This document shows, one piece after another, positions 39,992-56,147 of a stretch of DNA of 64,000 bases (its first letter is position 1; each line of letters opens with the position of its first letter). Both the position numbers and the translations under genes were made by a program. Source of the DNA: Candidatus Poribacteria bacterium (lineage in GTDB: Bacteria > Poribacteria > WGA-4E > PCPOR2b); assembly GCA_965208325.1 (NCBI GenBank), contig OZ242326.1:2528001-2592000 (forward strand), read 5' to 3'. Under the pieces are notes generated by a model. It had not been told where the DNA came from. It saw nothing but the letters and a program-made list of their open reading frames with translations, and searched no databases.

Positions 39992-41053
39992 CTAGCCACT
40001 GGGCACTGATGTCAATCTGACCTGATATTTCGCCGCAACCGCTTGGATTGCCGTCCATGTGCTGTCATCGATTAAGATGCCCTCGTGACTTTGTCTATTT
40101 TTCTCTCGAAAACCGCGCTCGCCTGGAATGAGAATCTCCTCAACACCGGGTGATTTCTTTGCGGACTTTACATATGCAATAAAACGCTTAACCTCCTCGT
40201 TGAAATCGGAGACATCCGCGAAGCTAGCGATATTGATTGCCATTACGAATAAACCGTTGCCGACTCTTGCTTCACCATCTCGGCTGCAACCTGCGCCGGT
40301 CAATGCGCCCGATAGAATGTCTATGACAAAACTCAGTCCGAACCCTTTGTGGGCGGCAATTCCTCCGAAAGGGAGCAATGCGCCGGGCAGCACCCCATAA
40401 AAATCATCAACGTCGTTTGTCGGATTGCCGTCAGCATCAATAAGCCAGCCGTCTGGAACGGTTTCATGCCGGTTCTTTCTCAGCCTAATATTCCCGGAAG
40501 CAACAACACTAGTGGACATATCCAAGAGAACCGGTTCACACCCTACAACGGGAATTGCGCAGGCAATCGGATTAGTCGAAAGCCTGCCCTCAATGCCTCC
40601 GAACGGGGCTACACATGGGCCGCCGCCGTGGTCGTTCACAGTCAAGACACAGATCATGTGCTGCTCTGCGGCTTTTAACGCGTAGCCTCCCAACCTTCCC
40701 ACTTCATTGCAGCGGAAGGCAACGACAGAACTGATGTTCTGGTCTTTTGCTTTTTGCACAGCTAACTCCACTGCGCGTGTTGCGATTACGGGGCCAAACC
40801 CCCAGTTGCCATTTAGAACGGCTGTCGATGGAGACTCTCGCCTGACCTCAATATCCGCCCCCGGCTGTATTAAGGAAGCCTCTATTTCTTGGATATATTT
40901 CGGCAAATGAATGAAGCCGTGCGAATGGTGTCCAACCAGATTGGCATCAACCATTGAACGCGTCACCACGTCTGATTCCGCATCTGGGATACCGGCAGCG
41001 CGAAACACCTTCAGGCATATCTGCGTCAAGGTCTCTGCTGAGAAAATTGGCAT
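39992..41053 (-). CDS. Ldh_2 (malate/L-lactate/ureidoglycolate dehydrogenase) family oxidoreductase
   Basis: GHHSHG, STNPIA, DMSTS, HKGFGL and PGE motifs. Confidence 0.9.
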   Translation of the reverse strand: MPIFSAETLTQICLKVFRAAGIPDAESDVVTRSMVDANLVGHHSHGFIHLPKYIQEIEASLIQPGADIEVRRESPSTAVLNGNWGFGPVIATRAVELAVQKAKDQNISSVVAFRCNEVGRLGGYALKAAEQHMICVLTVNDHGGGPCVAPFGGIEGRLSTNPIACAIPVVGCEPVLLDMSTSVVASGNIRLRKNRHETVPDGWLIDADGNPTNDVDDFYGVLPGALLPFGGIAAHKGFGLSFVIDILSGALTGAGCSRDGEARVGNGLFVMAINIASFADVSDFNEEVKRFIAYVKSAKKSPGVEEILIPGERGFREKNRQSHEGILIDDSTWTAIQAVAAKYQVRLTSVPSG

Positions 41054-41100
41054 GGTGCACATTCTCTGTAGCTTGAGCGATTTCGATCGGTTGCACTATT

Positions 41101-41943
41101 TCACGGTTCAAGTTGATTCGGTGTTTCGATCGGCAAATCCAGCCGATCCCCCCATTCTTTCCACGACCCGATGTAGTTGCTGACCCTTGGATAGCCCAAT
41201 AACCTCAGCGCCAGATAGCCGTGGGAAGAACGGTAACCGCCCTGTCAGTAGCACATCACCCGCTTTTCAGGCGTAATACCTGCGGCACGGTACATGGCTT
41301 GCAACTCATCCGCCGGCCTAAACGCTCCATCCTTGTCCAGATTGTTTAGCCATTCGATGTGAACCGACCCAGGAATTGCACCGCCGCGGGCAGCTCTAGC
41401 GATGCGTCCATAGTGTTCATCGCCGCTGCGGGTATCAAGCACAGCGAAATCACGCTGATTCAACTGGTCGAGAATGCCGGCCGTTCCTATATGCGAGTCT
41501 GCTTGAGGATTAATCGGAAATGGAGGAACTTCATCCGGTGTTGTAGCCCCAAAGCTCACACCTCCCTTTGCGGTTATCCAGGCATTGTAACCCCCATCTA
41601 ATACCCGGACGTTATCATGTCCAAAATACTCACAGAACCAGAAGCCCCGCGCAGCGCGGACACCAGAGATATTCTCATACCAGACTATGGTTTTTCTGGA
41701 ATCAACCCCGCGCGCACTAAAGAGATGGGCAATCGTCCACATGAACGCGTTAAACGGGGCTTCGCTCGTATCATTGAGACTAATCCCGTACAGATCTAGA
41801 TGGATTGCATTCGGAATACGTCCTGTAACATTTTCATGTGTCGGACGCGTATCCACAATGCAGAGGTCTGTATCATCAATTCTGCTTTTCAACTCCTCGG
41901 CGGATATCAGCAACTGTGGATTAACATACCCCTTGCCGTTCAT
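41101..41943 (-). CDS. two-domain rhodanese/3-mercaptopyruvate sulfurtransferase, probable selenoprotein (UGA at codon 233)
   Basis: The ORF stops at ...VMCY-TGA (41245-41247), but the frame continues [32 protein letters not shown]...* to 41101, completing the active-site loop and the rhodanese C-terminal signature. Confidence 0.85.
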
Positions 41944-43229
41944 TCAATCCTCCCAACTCCACCCATGTAAGGTTTAAGAACTTCCGGAATGCGGATGCTT
42001 CCATCCACTTGTTGATAATTCTCAAGAATTGCGATAACCACTCGCGGCAACGCAAGCCCGGAAGCGTTAAGCGTATGCACAAATTCCGGTTTTGCGCCGG
42101 GTTCACGGCGAAAACGGATATTGGCACGGCGCGCCTGAAAATCCTCAAAGTTGCTGCACGAGGAAATCTCGAGAAATTTCTGCTCTGCGGCGGTCCAGAC
42201 CTCAATATCATAGCATTTTGCGGCAGCGAACCCAAGATCTGCCGTACAGAGCGTGATAACGCGGTAAGGCAGCTCCAGAGCTTTTACAACATCTTCAGCG
42301 TCGGTTAGTAAGCGTTCGTGTTCGTCGTAGGAGGTCTCGGGGAGAGTGAATTTTACCATTTCGACTTTATCAAACTGGTGGACACGGACCAAACCTCGCG
42401 TGTCGCGACCATACGACCCGGCCTCGCGCCGAAAACAGGGTGTATATGCGGTGTAATTAATTGGGAGATTTTTACCATCCAAGTATTCACCAGCGAAAAT
42501 GTTTGTGACGGGAACTTCAGCCGTTGGAATTAGAAAGAGATCGCCGCTCTCATTTGCTTCATCGCGGTCGCAACGATACATATCTTCCTCGAATTTAGGC
42601 AACTGCCCCGTGCCGGTCATTGTAGAACGGTTAGCGACAAAAGGCGGCGAGACTTCGGTATATCCGTGTTGGGACACATGCAGGTCGAGCATGAAGTTAA
42701 TCAGCGCGCGCTCTAGTTTAGCGCCTATCCCTTTAAACAGCACGAAGTTACTGCCCGCAACCTTCGCGCCGCGCTTGAAATCGATGATATCCAACGCCTC
42801 CGCAAGTTCCCAGTGCGGCTTGGGTTCAAAATCGAGAGTCGGCAGGTCGCCCCATCGTTTGACCTCAATATTATCCGCTTCGCTGTTGCCGACCGGCGTG
42901 CTAGAATGGGGCATGTTGGGGATGTTAACTAAAATCTCATCCATTTCACTCTTTTTTACTTGCGCGCTCTCATTTAGCTCCTTGATTTTTTGAGATACCT
43001 GCCTCATTTCAGCAATCTGTTCGGACGCATCACCCTTAGTTTTCTTGAGTTCGGCGATTTTCTTGGAAACCGTGTTTTGATAGCTTCTGAGCGACTCCGC
43101 TTCGCCCATCAACTCGCGCCATCTACGGTCGGCGTTGATGAGTTGGTCCAACGGTGCGTCCATCTTGCGCTGCTTTAGCATCGTTCGTACTGTGTCGGGA
43201 TTATCTCGAATAAATTTGAGATCTAACAC
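41940..43229 (-). CDS. serS: serine--tRNA ligase
   Basis: [44 protein letters not shown] and HTLNASG motifs. Confidence 0.98.
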   Translation of the reverse strand: MLDLKFIRDNPDTVRTMLKQRKMDAPLDQLINADRRWRELMGEAESLRSYQNTVSKKIAELKKTKGDASEQIAEMRQVSQKIKELNESAQVKKSEMDEILVNIPNMPHSSTPVGNSEADNIEVKRWGDLPTLDFEPKPHWELAEALDIIDFKRGAKVAGSNFVLFKGIGAKLERALINFMLDLHVSQHGYTEVSPPFVANRSTMTGTGQLPKFEEDMYRCDRDEANESGDLFLIPTAEVPVTNIFAGEYLDGKNLPINYTAYTPCFRREAGSYGRDTRGLVRVHQFDKVEMVKFTLPETSYDEHERLLTDAEDVVKALELPYRVITLCTADLGFAAAKCYDIEVWTAAEQKFLEISSCSNFEDFQARRANIRFRREPGAKPEFVHTLNASGLALPRVVIAILENYQQVDGSIRIPEVLKPYMGGVGRIE

Positions 43230-43264
43230 AAAAACTCTCCTCCTTCTCCCGATCTATAGAAATG

Positions 43265-43300
43265 AAAAAACCACAGGTTGCTCGACTACAGCCTGTGGTT
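43265..43300 (-). terminator. rho-independent terminator after the tRNA pair
   Basis: Minus strand AACCACAGGCTG-loop-CAACCTGTGGTTTTTT. Confidence 0.7.
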
Positions 43301-43323
43301 GAGATAAATCGTAAAATATGTGT

Positions 43324-43402
43324 TGGCGGGCTCGACGGGATTTGAACCCGCGATCTTCTGCGTGACAGGCAGATGTGTTCGACCAAGCTACACCACGAGC
43401 CC
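43324..43402 (-). tRNA. tRNA-Asp(GTC)
   Basis: GGGCTCG...TCTGC-CTGTCAC-GCAGA...GGTTCAAATCC...CGAGCCCGCCA. Confidence 0.97.
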
Positions 43403-43420
43403 GATAAGTCTGTCACCGGG

Positions 43421-43497
43421 TGGTAGGCGGGACAGGGTTCGAACCTGTGACCTACGGCTTGTAAGGCCGTCACTCTAGCCAACTGAGCTACCCGCCC
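43421..43497 (-). tRNA. tRNA-Val(TAC)
   Basis: GGGCGGG TAGCTCAG...ACGGC-CTTACAA-GCCGT...GGTTCGAACC...CCCGCCTACCA. Confidence 0.97.
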
Positions 43498-43528
43498 AAA
43501 CTTCACTCCCGCTTTATGACGAGACTAA

Positions 43529-43557
43529 AGTATAAATCATAAATGCAACATTGTCAA
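43529..43557 (-). promoter_or_regulatory. sigma70 promoter for the tRNA operon
   Basis: TTGACA-17 nt-TATACT on the minus strand. Confidence 0.85.
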
Positions 43558-43624
43558 GTTAAAGCTGCGATTTTCATCTGCCGCATTCGGTGCAGTATTT
43601 TTCCTTCATATGTTTGGATATGCG

Positions 43625-49258
<5,634 letters not shown>

Positions 49259-49765
49259 GTGTCTCCTTATGTGGCGCCATGACAGGCTAATTTAATTCTA
49301 CGTAACTTGAGGACGGCGGGTGGCATTAACTCTTTCTCCTCACCTGTCGATTCTGCTTTGATGAGTCTTTAGTCCTTAACTTGCTAATTTCCCGTGGAGT
49401 TCAGGAGGGAAAGACTATCCTTCACCAAAGTTCCCTATTGTACGACCGACAAATAATCCGCAAGATCTACTCACAAAATCGAAAAAATCCTAGTCCGATT
49501 TTACCACAGTTTTTGGGTGCAAGCAACGTCTATTTCGCGTAAAGCAAAGCCATCTATGATTGCCCTGTACCCGTTCTCAATCGTTTAAAAACTCAGCAAA
49601 TGTAGCACGCATACGTTGTACAGTCAACGGTAGGTGGTGGAAGACGTTGATGATTTCTGTTGACTGAGCGGTGAAAACTCTGTAGAATGGGTTTTGTTTC
49701 CAACATGAGCGACAGAAGGTATCGACTTGCGTCGACGGTGCAGCGAGTCAGAAGGAGTTATCGGG

Positions 49766-51193
49766 ATGAAAAAAATATACGAACCGCTTGCTGATTTTAA
49801 GTCCGCGGACTTGCCCGAGAAAACAATGCCGTTTTGGAAGATAGCTGGACCAGGGGCAATTTTGGTCGGCCTCTCCATCGGAGCAGGCGAGATTGTGATT
49901 TGGCCGCGCATTGCAGCAGAGTACGGCGGCAGTATGGTCTGGGCGGCTGTCTTGGGCGTGTTTCTGCAACTATGGATTAACTTCGAGGTGGGACGCTGGA
50001 CAGTTGCTACAGGTGAAACGGTCTACACCGGTTACTGCCGCGTGTGGCGCGGGTTTGCACCGTTGTTCATCCTCATCACCGTGCTAAGCTGGATAGCGCC
50101 CGGCTGGGCGCGGGCTTCCGGGCTAGCACTCAAAGCCTTGCTGGTTGGACCGGTTGGTTGGGGAACCGACACATTCTGGACCGTCGTCACCTTTGGCACC
50201 GTCGCTCTACTCCTTTTTGGCCCCAAGATGATTTATCACTCTGTTGAGCGAACGATTGAGTTGCTCGTCATCATCGTCACGGTGGGGCTTATCGTAGTCG
50301 CCATCGCAGTCGGTTCGGCGAATACGTGGAAAGAACTGGGTGCGGGCATTCTGAATGTCGGTTACAAAGCGCCAAACATGACGGTGAAAGCCATGTTCAT
50401 CGCAATCGTTTTTGCCGGCGCCGGTGGTACGGCGAACCTCTTCTACACCTTCTATCTTCGAGATAAGAATATCGGCATGGGCGCGCGCCTTCCGCAGTTG
50501 CAAAATCCGCTTCGGGGCAGGACCGAGACCGTTCCATCGACGGGTTTTGTCTTTGAGGACACCGCACAGAATCGTGATCGGTTCAAGGCGTGGTGGAGTT
50601 ATATCAAGAAAGATCAGCTAATTTTCTTCTGGGCGTTGAACACTGTCACCATCTTGCTCTTCATATTCGGCGCACTCGCCGTTTTGCATCCTCAAGGCAT
50701 CGTACCCGGGAAGGGAACCCTCATCTGGGACGAAGCACAGGTGCTGGGCGAAGTGTGGGGCGGCCCCGGGCGCGTAATCTTTCTGCTCGTCGGCGTGGCA
50801 ACCCTCTTTGGAACGCAACTCGCCCTGGTTGATGGGGTCTCGCGGTCGATTGCCGACATCGTATACACCAATTTCAAGGGTGCTCAGAAACGCGAGTTGA
50901 GTTGGTGGTACTTGCTTGTGGCGGGCACTTGGATCGTTGCCGGCTGTTTGATAACCTTCGTAATGGAGCAGAAGGGTGTCAGTGAACTCGGCTTTCTCTT
51001 CAACGCAGCCTACATGGGCGGGTTCGCCATGGCAATCTATGTGCCGCTCACGCTCTATATCAATCACCGGTTCTTGCCGAAGGCTGCCAAGCCGAAAAGT
51101 GTCTCAACCGTGATTATGGTTCTCGCCTCGCTTGTCTACATTGGATTTGCAATTTCATGTGTCGTTTGGGAAATTGGACGGTTGATTGGGTAA
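49766..51193 (+). CDS. Nramp-like (APC superfamily) membrane transporter
   Basis: GPGAILVGLSIGAGE motif; about 11 TM segments; start at MKKIY after GGAG. Confidence 0.75.
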   Translation: MKKIYEPLADFKSADLPEKTMPFWKIAGPGAILVGLSIGAGEIVIWPRIAAEYGGSMVWAAVLGVFLQLWINFEVGRWTVATGETVYTGYCRVWRGFAPLFILITVLSWIAPGWARASGLALKALLVGPVGWGTDTFWTVVTFGTVALLLFGPKMIYHSVERTIELLVIIVTVGLIVVAIAVGSANTWKELGAGILNVGYKAPNMTVKAMFIAIVFAGAGGTANLFYTFYLRDKNIGMGARLPQLQNPLRGRTETVPSTGFVFEDTAQNRDRFKAWWSYIKKDQLIFFWALNTVTILLFIFGALAVLHPQGIVPGKGTLIWDEAQVLGEVWGGPGRVIFLLVGVATLFGTQLALVDGVSRSIADIVYTNFKGAQKRELSWWYLLVAGTWIVAGCLITFVMEQKGVSELGFLFNAAYMGGFAMAIYVPLTLYINHRFLPKAAKPKSVSTVIMVLASLVYIGFAISCVVWEIGRLIG

Positions 51194-51339
51194 TGGTAGA
51201 AGCGCCGATAGTAAGTAAAGTCTTGAAATCAGTTGATTGGGAAGGCGTACGATGACTATGAGTTGAGAAGAATGCTTTATCAGTGCGCCACCCGGCAACT
51301 GAATTGCCAAAGCCGCAACGCCCACTATGCCGCCACCGT

Positions 51340-52929
51340 ATGAAGTTTCGACATTTACTACCGATTCTCCTAATTTCGTCCTTACGAACCGCCGCAAGTT
51401 TCGCTGACCGCGGCGATGAAATCCTTCCCTTAGTCCAGTCAGAAAACCTGAAAGCGCACATCATTGCCTTGCAGGAAAACGTACAGCAGACGCCAACTCC
51501 TGCATCGGAAAACCTCCCACCCTCGGATGCATCGGCAAACAACCCTGTAGCCTACCGCACGCGAAGTTCCTATCATCGCGACGCTGCGGATAATGCAGCG
51601 CGGTACATTGTAAACCAGTTTCGCCGCTCGCCGCGATTGGAAGTCGAAATAGAAGAATTCAGCGGGTTGAAAAACGTCGTTGCTAGGCTGCCTGCTCAGC
51701 ACGGTTCAAAAAGCGATCGAATCTTCGTTCTCTGCGCCCACTACGACAGCATAGGCGATCGGGATTACGCGGGTTGGAATCCATTGATTTCAGACGCGCC
51801 CGGCGCGAACGATAACGCGACTGGCGTCGCCGCGATGCTTGAGATTGCCCATCTGTTAAGCCGGTATAATTACGATCACGAGTTGCGGTTCATCGCACTT
51901 GACGGCGGAGAGATCGGACGACAGGGGAGTCTGCATCACGCCAAAAATGCAGTACAGGCAGGCGAAAACATTGTCCTTGCCATCAATATTGACATGATCG
52001 GCTTCAACTGGATAACGGAGCTCGTCGAAGTGCTCGCGAATAATTCGGACGACTCCTCTGCCTGGATTGGCGAGATGGCGTTGATAGCAAATGAATGGTA
52101 CGATATTGGATTGGAGGTCCTACCAATTCGTGATGGGTCGCTCAGCGCCGGCGATCACAGCCCGTTTTGGTATGAAGGCTATCGGGCGGTCACTTTCACT
52201 GAAAACACAACGCCGTGGCGAGATTCCCCCGGCTATGAAGCGAATTCGTTTTATCATACCTTTCGCGACACGGTTGAAAAGGTCAACTTGCAATTGGTTC
52301 GTAAAGTTACTCAACTTGCGCTGGTTATGCTGGATGGCCTGGCAAACCAATCATTTCAAAATGCCTCCACGCCCAGCGTTACAATCGATCCCACCCCCGC
52401 CGCGAACCTTAATCCGGTCAAAATCACGGGACGGTTCGAGTCCACCTATCCGGTCGAAATTGTCCTGAGTCCAGGCAATGTCCTCGCTAACCTAGACCGA
52501 TTTAACCGCACCTATCAAGCGGAAGTAACGTTGCAACCGGGGGGAAACCTCGTTCGTGCAACCGTTGTGTATCCACTTGGCGCAAGCTCTGTTGAACGCA
52601 CAGTCCTGTTTGAACCTGATTTTGAATGGATTAGCGCGGCGGTGTTTCCGAATCCGGCTCGATTCACTGATGATTTGACTCAATTGCGAGGGGAAGGCAA
52701 TTTACCTATGGAGGCGTTAAATTTTTTCATCTATGCGTCTGACGGTTCGTTAGTGAAACAGAAGATAGGTGTGCCGGATGGAACCGATCCGCGTATTTGG
52801 CGAGCCTGGTGGAATCACCAGAATGCCTCTGGGCGGCAGGTCGCTACCGGAATTTACGTGTGTAAATTTGAGGCGTCAGTTAAAGGCGAGACGTATTCGA
52901 GAATCAAAAAGCTGGCAATCGTTCGGTAG
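51340..52929 (+). CDS. M28 family peptidase with C-terminal FlgD/T9SS-like domain
   Basis: AHYDS, PGANDNATG, NIDMIG, GDHSPF and YHT..DT motifs; C-terminal FPNP...W...GRQVATGIY. Confidence 0.85.
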   Translation: MKFRHLLPILLISSLRTAASFADRGDEILPLVQSENLKAHIIALQENVQQTPTPASENLPPSDASANNPVAYRTRSSYHRDAADNAARYIVNQFRRSPRLEVEIEEFSGLKNVVARLPAQHGSKSDRIFVLCAHYDSIGDRDYAGWNPLISDAPGANDNATGVAAMLEIAHLLSRYNYDHELRFIALDGGEIGRQGSLHHAKNAVQAGENIVLAINIDMIGFNWITELVEVLANNSDDSSAWIGEMALIANEWYDIGLEVLPIRDGSLSAGDHSPFWYEGYRAVTFTENTTPWRDSPGYEANSFYHTFRDTVEKVNLQLVRKVTQLALVMLDGLANQSFQNASTPSVTIDPTPAANLNPVKITGRFESTYPVEIVLSPGNVLANLDRFNRTYQAEVTLQPGGNLVRATVVYPLGASSVERTVLFEPDFEWISAAVFPNPARFTDDLTQLRGEGNLPMEALNFFIYASDGSLVKQKIGVPDGTDPRIWRAWWNHQNASGRQVATGIYVCKFEASVKGETYSRIKKLAIVR

Positions 52930-53120
52930 CGGACAGAAAATTCGCGAGAAAACTTTTGTGACAGCGGAACGCTTCTTAGGTATCACTAAAGAAACATGGA
53001 CAAAACGAGGTCGTCTATGCTATTATTTTAGAAATGCTAGCGGAAATGATTCCCCTAGACCGATCCATAGCGAATCCCAACCATCATATACATAATTGCA
53101 CTGGAAGGAGGTGACAAGAA

Positions 53121-53417
53121 TTGCCTCAAAGAGAAGGAAAGCAGACCGATTTTAGAAGAAAGTCTGCACTGAAACACCTTCGCGCCGACCCGAAGAAACG
53201 TGAGCGGAACTTTAGACAGAAATCTGCTATGCGGACGATGGTGAAGAAGACTGAAGCTGTAATTGAAGAAAAGAACTTAGAGCAGGCGCAGGAAATATTT
53301 CGGCAAGCCGCCAGCCACCTAGACAGAGCTGCACAGAAGGGCATTATTAAAAAGGGGACGGCGAATCGGAAAAAATCTCGCCTAGCTCGCAGAATAAATA
53401 GCATGACCGTGGCTTAA
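53121..53417 (+). CDS. rpsT: 30S ribosomal protein S20
   Basis: KSALKH.R...RN...KSAMRT..KK and LDRAAQKGII...ANRKKSRL; AGGAGG RBS with TTG start. Confidence 0.95.
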   Translation: MPQREGKQTDFRRKSALKHLRADPKKRERNFRQKSAMRTMVKKTEAVIEEKNLEQAQEIFRQAASHLDRAAQKGIIKKGTANRKKSRLARRINSMTVA

Positions 53418-53597
53418 AGTAAGGGCTGAAAGTTCCTCAATCGCAACAGGTTGGCAAAAGCAGTTTTATTGGGCTCTCAGAATCGAATCTTCAGGTCGCA
53501 TCCGAGATTATTGCCAACATTTCAAGTATCATCGTTTGTTAGGGTGAGTATTCTGCTTTCCCCTTTGCTCTAATTAGTATTACTTGGGCTGTTGAAG

Positions 53598-53996
53598 ATG
53601 AATAGGAAAGTTCATACGCTAATCGGTCAATTGAAGCGGTTAGCCAAAAACCCGCCGAAAAACGATTCAAATTGCAACAAGGAATTGGAGCAAATTTTAG
53701 AACCGCTACGAGTTGAAGTGCGTAAAAAACGCTGGCAAATTCAGCGTCAACAGAATTATTTGTCAAGTGTTGTTGGCGAAATACAGAATCTTAAGGTTCA
53801 AATTCAGGAAAAACGGCTGATTCAGAATTTGGCGGGGAAGATTGATAGAAAGGATGCGAAGGTTTATCCAAACTCGGTTACTGAATATTGCCCTAAATGC
53901 CAGAAGAATGCCCTTATAGATAAATTTCCGTTTTATGGCAAAGTAACGAAAACCTGTCAAAATTGTGGGTATGGAAATCAGGTTGACATGTTTTGA
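53598..53996 (+). CDS. hypothetical coiled-coil protein with C-terminal zinc ribbon
   Basis: CPKC...CQNC; AT-rich. Confidence 0.55.
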   Translation: MNRKVHTLIGQLKRLAKNPPKNDSNCNKELEQILEPLRVEVRKKRWQIQRQQNYLSSVVGEIQNLKVQIQEKRLIQNLAGKIDRKDAKVYPNSVTEYCPKCQKNALIDKFPFYGKVTKTCQNCGYGNQVDMF

Positions 53997-54080
53997 ACGG
54001 AAGAGGTTGTAGCTTGTCCTCTCCAATAACCTTATTTTACCTTGAACGTTTGGTCAATACTGAAATTCACGCATCGGATA

Positions 54081-55421
54081 TTAGCGCGAAAGCAGTTCTC
54101 CCTGAATAAATTCGCCGTCTAACGCCAACAACTTCACCGGCATAATCCGGTTAATCGCAGAATCGGTACAATCCAGTAAAACGCGCAAGTAATTCCCCGT
54201 AAACCCCGCTAGCTGTCGATTTTCACCTTCCCGGCTATCCTCGACTAACACATCCATTGTCTTGCCCAACATCCGACGCCGGAATTTGTCTCGAAGTTGC
54301 TTTCCAAGCGCAATCATCGCCTTGCTTCGCTCCGCCGATTTGTGCGGCGGTATCTGATCGGGATACTCTGCTGCTGCTGTGCCTTGCCGAGGGGAATATC
54401 GAAACACGTGCAACTGGCTGAATCCCATCTCCTCGACGAATTGGAGCGAATCGTCAAAATTCGCATCGGTCTCCCCAGGGAAACCGACCATGACATCGGT
54501 GGTCACGGCGACGCTCGGGAAAGCCAGCCGCAGCGTTTCCACTAGGCGCCCATACCCGTCTGTCGTATACTGCCGGCGCATGCGGCGCAGAATTGTGTCG
54601 CTGCCCGACTGCAGCGGCAGATGGAAATGCGGCATGCACTTTGGCAAGTCTGCCATCCTATCTACAAGGTCCTCAGGGAAATTCATCGGTTCAATCGAAC
54701 TAAATCGGATGCGTTCAATCCCTTCGATGGGATGCACCCTCTCCAGAACATCGGCGAACGTCGATTTTCTCCGGTTGTCCTTCCCGTAAGTTCCCATGTG
54801 CACGCCTGTGATAACGACCTCTTTGTATCCGTTTGCGGCGATCTGCTCTGTTTCTTTCACGATATGCGCTACAGGGCGGCTGGTCATGCGTCCGCGGACA
54901 TAAGGGATGATACAGTAGGTACAAAAAGCGCTGCACCCATCTTGAATCTTTATGAGCGCACGCGTGCGTTGCGTCAAACCGCTCACGCCCATGTGACTAA
55001 ATCGGGCATGTTCACGGATCGGGTCATGCTGCACAGGTTTTATTCGTAAGAGCGGTGAATCATCTTCAGCCGCCTCACCGCCGTGAATTTCATTAAGATA
55101 CGCTTGGAGACTGGCTTTTTCGCGGTTTCCAAACACGAACGATACACCGGGTATCTTTTCGATTTCCCTCCGGCCGCTTTCCGCGTAACAGCCCGTAACG
55201 AGCACCTTGGCGTTCGGGTTCTTTCGGATGGCGCGGCGAATAGCCTGACGCGCTTTTTGGTCGGCAACATGCGTCACGGTGCAGGTGTTGATGAAATAAA
55301 TATCCGCGGATTCATCCTCATCAACGACGGTGTAACCGTTTCGCCGCACGGTTTCCTGCATTGACTGCGTATCATATTGGTTGACCTTGCACCCGAAGGT
55401 GATAAGCGCTGCTGTAGGCAT
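54081..55421 (-). CDS. mtaB: tRNA t6A37 methylthiotransferase
   Basis: TFGCKVNQYD, INTCTVT, KIQDGCSAFCTYC radical SAM motif, and TRAM C-terminus. Confidence 0.93.
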   Translation of the reverse strand: MPTAALITFGCKVNQYDTQSMQETVRRNGYTVVDEDESADIYFINTCTVTHVADQKARQAIRRAIRKNPNAKVLVTGCYAESGRREIEKIPGVSFVFGNREKASLQAYLNEIHGGEAAEDDSPLLRIKPVQHDPIREHARFSHMGVSGLTQRTRALIKIQDGCSAFCTYCIIPYVRGRMTSRPVAHIVKETEQIAANGYKEVVITGVHMGTYGKDNRRKSTFADVLERVHPIEGIERIRFSSIEPMNFPEDLVDRMADLPKCMPHFHLPLQSGSDTILRRMRRQYTTDGYGRLVETLRLAFPSVAVTTDVMVGFPGETDANFDDSLQFVEEMGFSQLHVFRYSPRQGTAAAEYPDQIPPHKSAERSKAMIALGKQLRDKFRRRMLGKTMDVLVEDSREGENRQLAGFTGNYLRVLLDCTDSAINRIMPVKLLALDGEFIQGELLSR

Positions 55422-55446
55422 TTATCTTACTCTCGCTGAAATTTAC

Positions 55447-55479
55447 AGAAACCGAGTTTTGAAGAAAAAACTCGGTTTC
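55447..55479. repeat. AAACCGAGTTTT inverted-repeat element
   Basis: AGAAACCGAGTTTT-gaagaa-AAAACTCGGTTTC. Confidence 0.8.
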
Positions 55480-55529
55480 AAGTCACAGTTTGCTTGACCC
55501 CATTACAAGATTTACGTATACCTCGTCAA

Positions 55530-56147
55530 CTACTCAAGCCGTTGAAATGCGTAATCTGTGTCTTGGACACCCGAATGACAACCTTCGCAGAGCTTGCCTT
55601 TTGCGAGCACTGTAAATGCCGCGTCCCCTTCGCGGCGCGAGTATTCGATGAACGTCCAGTCATTGGCACCGGGATTACTTCCCGCCTCTTTCCTCATGAG
55701 GGCAAATATTCCGATGAAGTCTTGGTCGGATCGGTAAACGGGTTTAACAATGATACTTCCGTCCGGATAAGGGAACTTCTGCTTTCCGTCCGGTGCGAGG
55801 GCTTCGCGTTCCTGATTGATAAGGATATCCTTCGTGCCGAAGTGTGCGGGCGAGCCGCCTACAATCGGCTCCGCGTTCATCTTTAGCCAAGTCTCAAACC
55901 CGGCGGTGTAGTCTGGCAGTCCGGGAAGCGCTTCCGGTTGTTCCACCATCATGCCGTCCGGGTCTTTATCCCCGTTATCAGGTTGCATCTCTCCGTCTGT
56001 CATGGGAGATACCGGTTCGCCCTCATCGCCGCACGAGAGAAAGACCGGTGCCCCAATCAGAATCAGCGCAAGTATGAGATTCATCCGATAGTTATTTTGC
56101 CGTATTATGATATTCGCCTCCATTTCGTTGTTTGAATTTTTAGCCAT
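55530..56147 (-). CDS. cytochrome P460/c'-beta family lipoprotein (start uncertain)
   Basis: Lipobox FLSC; PDGSIIVK, MRK and W.F.EY motifs; C-terminal CEGCH...DYAF. Confidence 0.75.
   Translation of the reverse strand: MAKNSNNEMEANIIIRQNNYRMNLILALILIGAPVFLSCGDEGEPVSPMTDGEMQPDNGDKDPDGMMVEQPEALPGLPDYTAGFETWLKMNAEPIVGGSPAHFGTKDILINQEREALAPDGKQKFPYPDGSIIVKPVYRSDQDFIGIFALMRKEAGSNPGANDWTFIEYSRREGDAAFTVLAKGKLCEGCHSGVQDTDYAFQRLE

Noticed and set aside
41245..41943. 232-aa sulfurtransferase as given by the ORF track
   Set aside because: It would end immediately before the catalytic residue; conserved coding sequence continues past the TGA.
43230..43323. T-box leader for serS
   Set aside because: Too short, and no T-box sequence is seen; the upstream region is tRNA.
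49420..49445. AATAGGGAA...GGTGAA as a cobalamin riboswitch start
   Set aside because: The downstream conserved elements are absent, and uvrA is an implausible target.
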